A stretch of DNA of 63,996 nucleotides, counting the filler, from Rhabdomonas costata (lineage: Eukaryota), in NCBI GenBank assembly GCA_019059605.1. It is 41 parts of 41 records of this genome, joined end to end, with 100 filler letters (N's around TTAATTAATTAA, not from the genome) between each part and the next. Parts side by side here need not be neighbours in the genome. Positions count along the whole stretch, not along the records: positions 62,552 to 63,996 come from JAHMHO010015396.1; 40 more parts are not named here. One strand, given 5' to 3'. Shown here piece after piece: positions 63,961 to 63,996 of this stretch; the stretch's first letter is position 1, and the number at the start of each line of letters is the position of its first letter. The notes beneath the pieces are model-generated. The model was given only the letters and a program-made list of their open reading frames with translations. It was not told the origin of the DNA and searched no databases. Both the position numbers and the translations under genes were made by a program.

Positions 63961-63996
63961 TCCTGCTCCACGACAGCGTTGGGATCTTCACACAAC

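Noticed and set aside
1..63996. Functional clustering of ART, helicases, sensor and transporter as a defence system or operon
   Set aside because: The genes sit on separate contigs of near-identical length that were concatenated, so adjacency carries no biological meaning.

Overview
This window is not contiguous DNA. It is about 41 unrelated contigs of roughly 1.46 kb joined by an artificial 100-nt spacer (N44-TTAATTAATTAA-N44), so nothing can be inferred from adjacency across spacers. Most contig ends carry G/T-only (5') or A/C-only (3') tails, and at least seven contigs end in fold-back inverted repeats. Both features point to a whole-genome-amplified, probably single-cell or low-input library. 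The dominant source is an intron-rich eukaryote with short GC3-rich exons, GT-AG introns with weak donors, and AG acceptors just upstream of start codons. A euglenid or other euglenozoan is my inference, not proven. Recognisable gene fragments, most rebuilt from exons with consistent splice phase: METTL21-type methyltransferase, SGNH/PC-esterase, PP4R3/SMEK, TM-RING-H2 ligase, membrane sensor N-terminus, SPT16, DEAH helicase, R-S-E ADP-ribosyltransferase, AAGAB-like, UBXN11, fungal-type DHA1 MFS transporter, Cys-rich surface protein, front-end desaturase, Upf1-like helicase and RABGGTB. I found no CRISPR array, rRNA, tRNA or operon, and I cannot support a new multi-gene system. The best leads are a candidate GT-AC intron with pairing ends, an intronless fungal-type MFS gene (HGT or contaminant), a spliced toxin-like ART domain, a GC-AG intron and a possible second short-intron genome.
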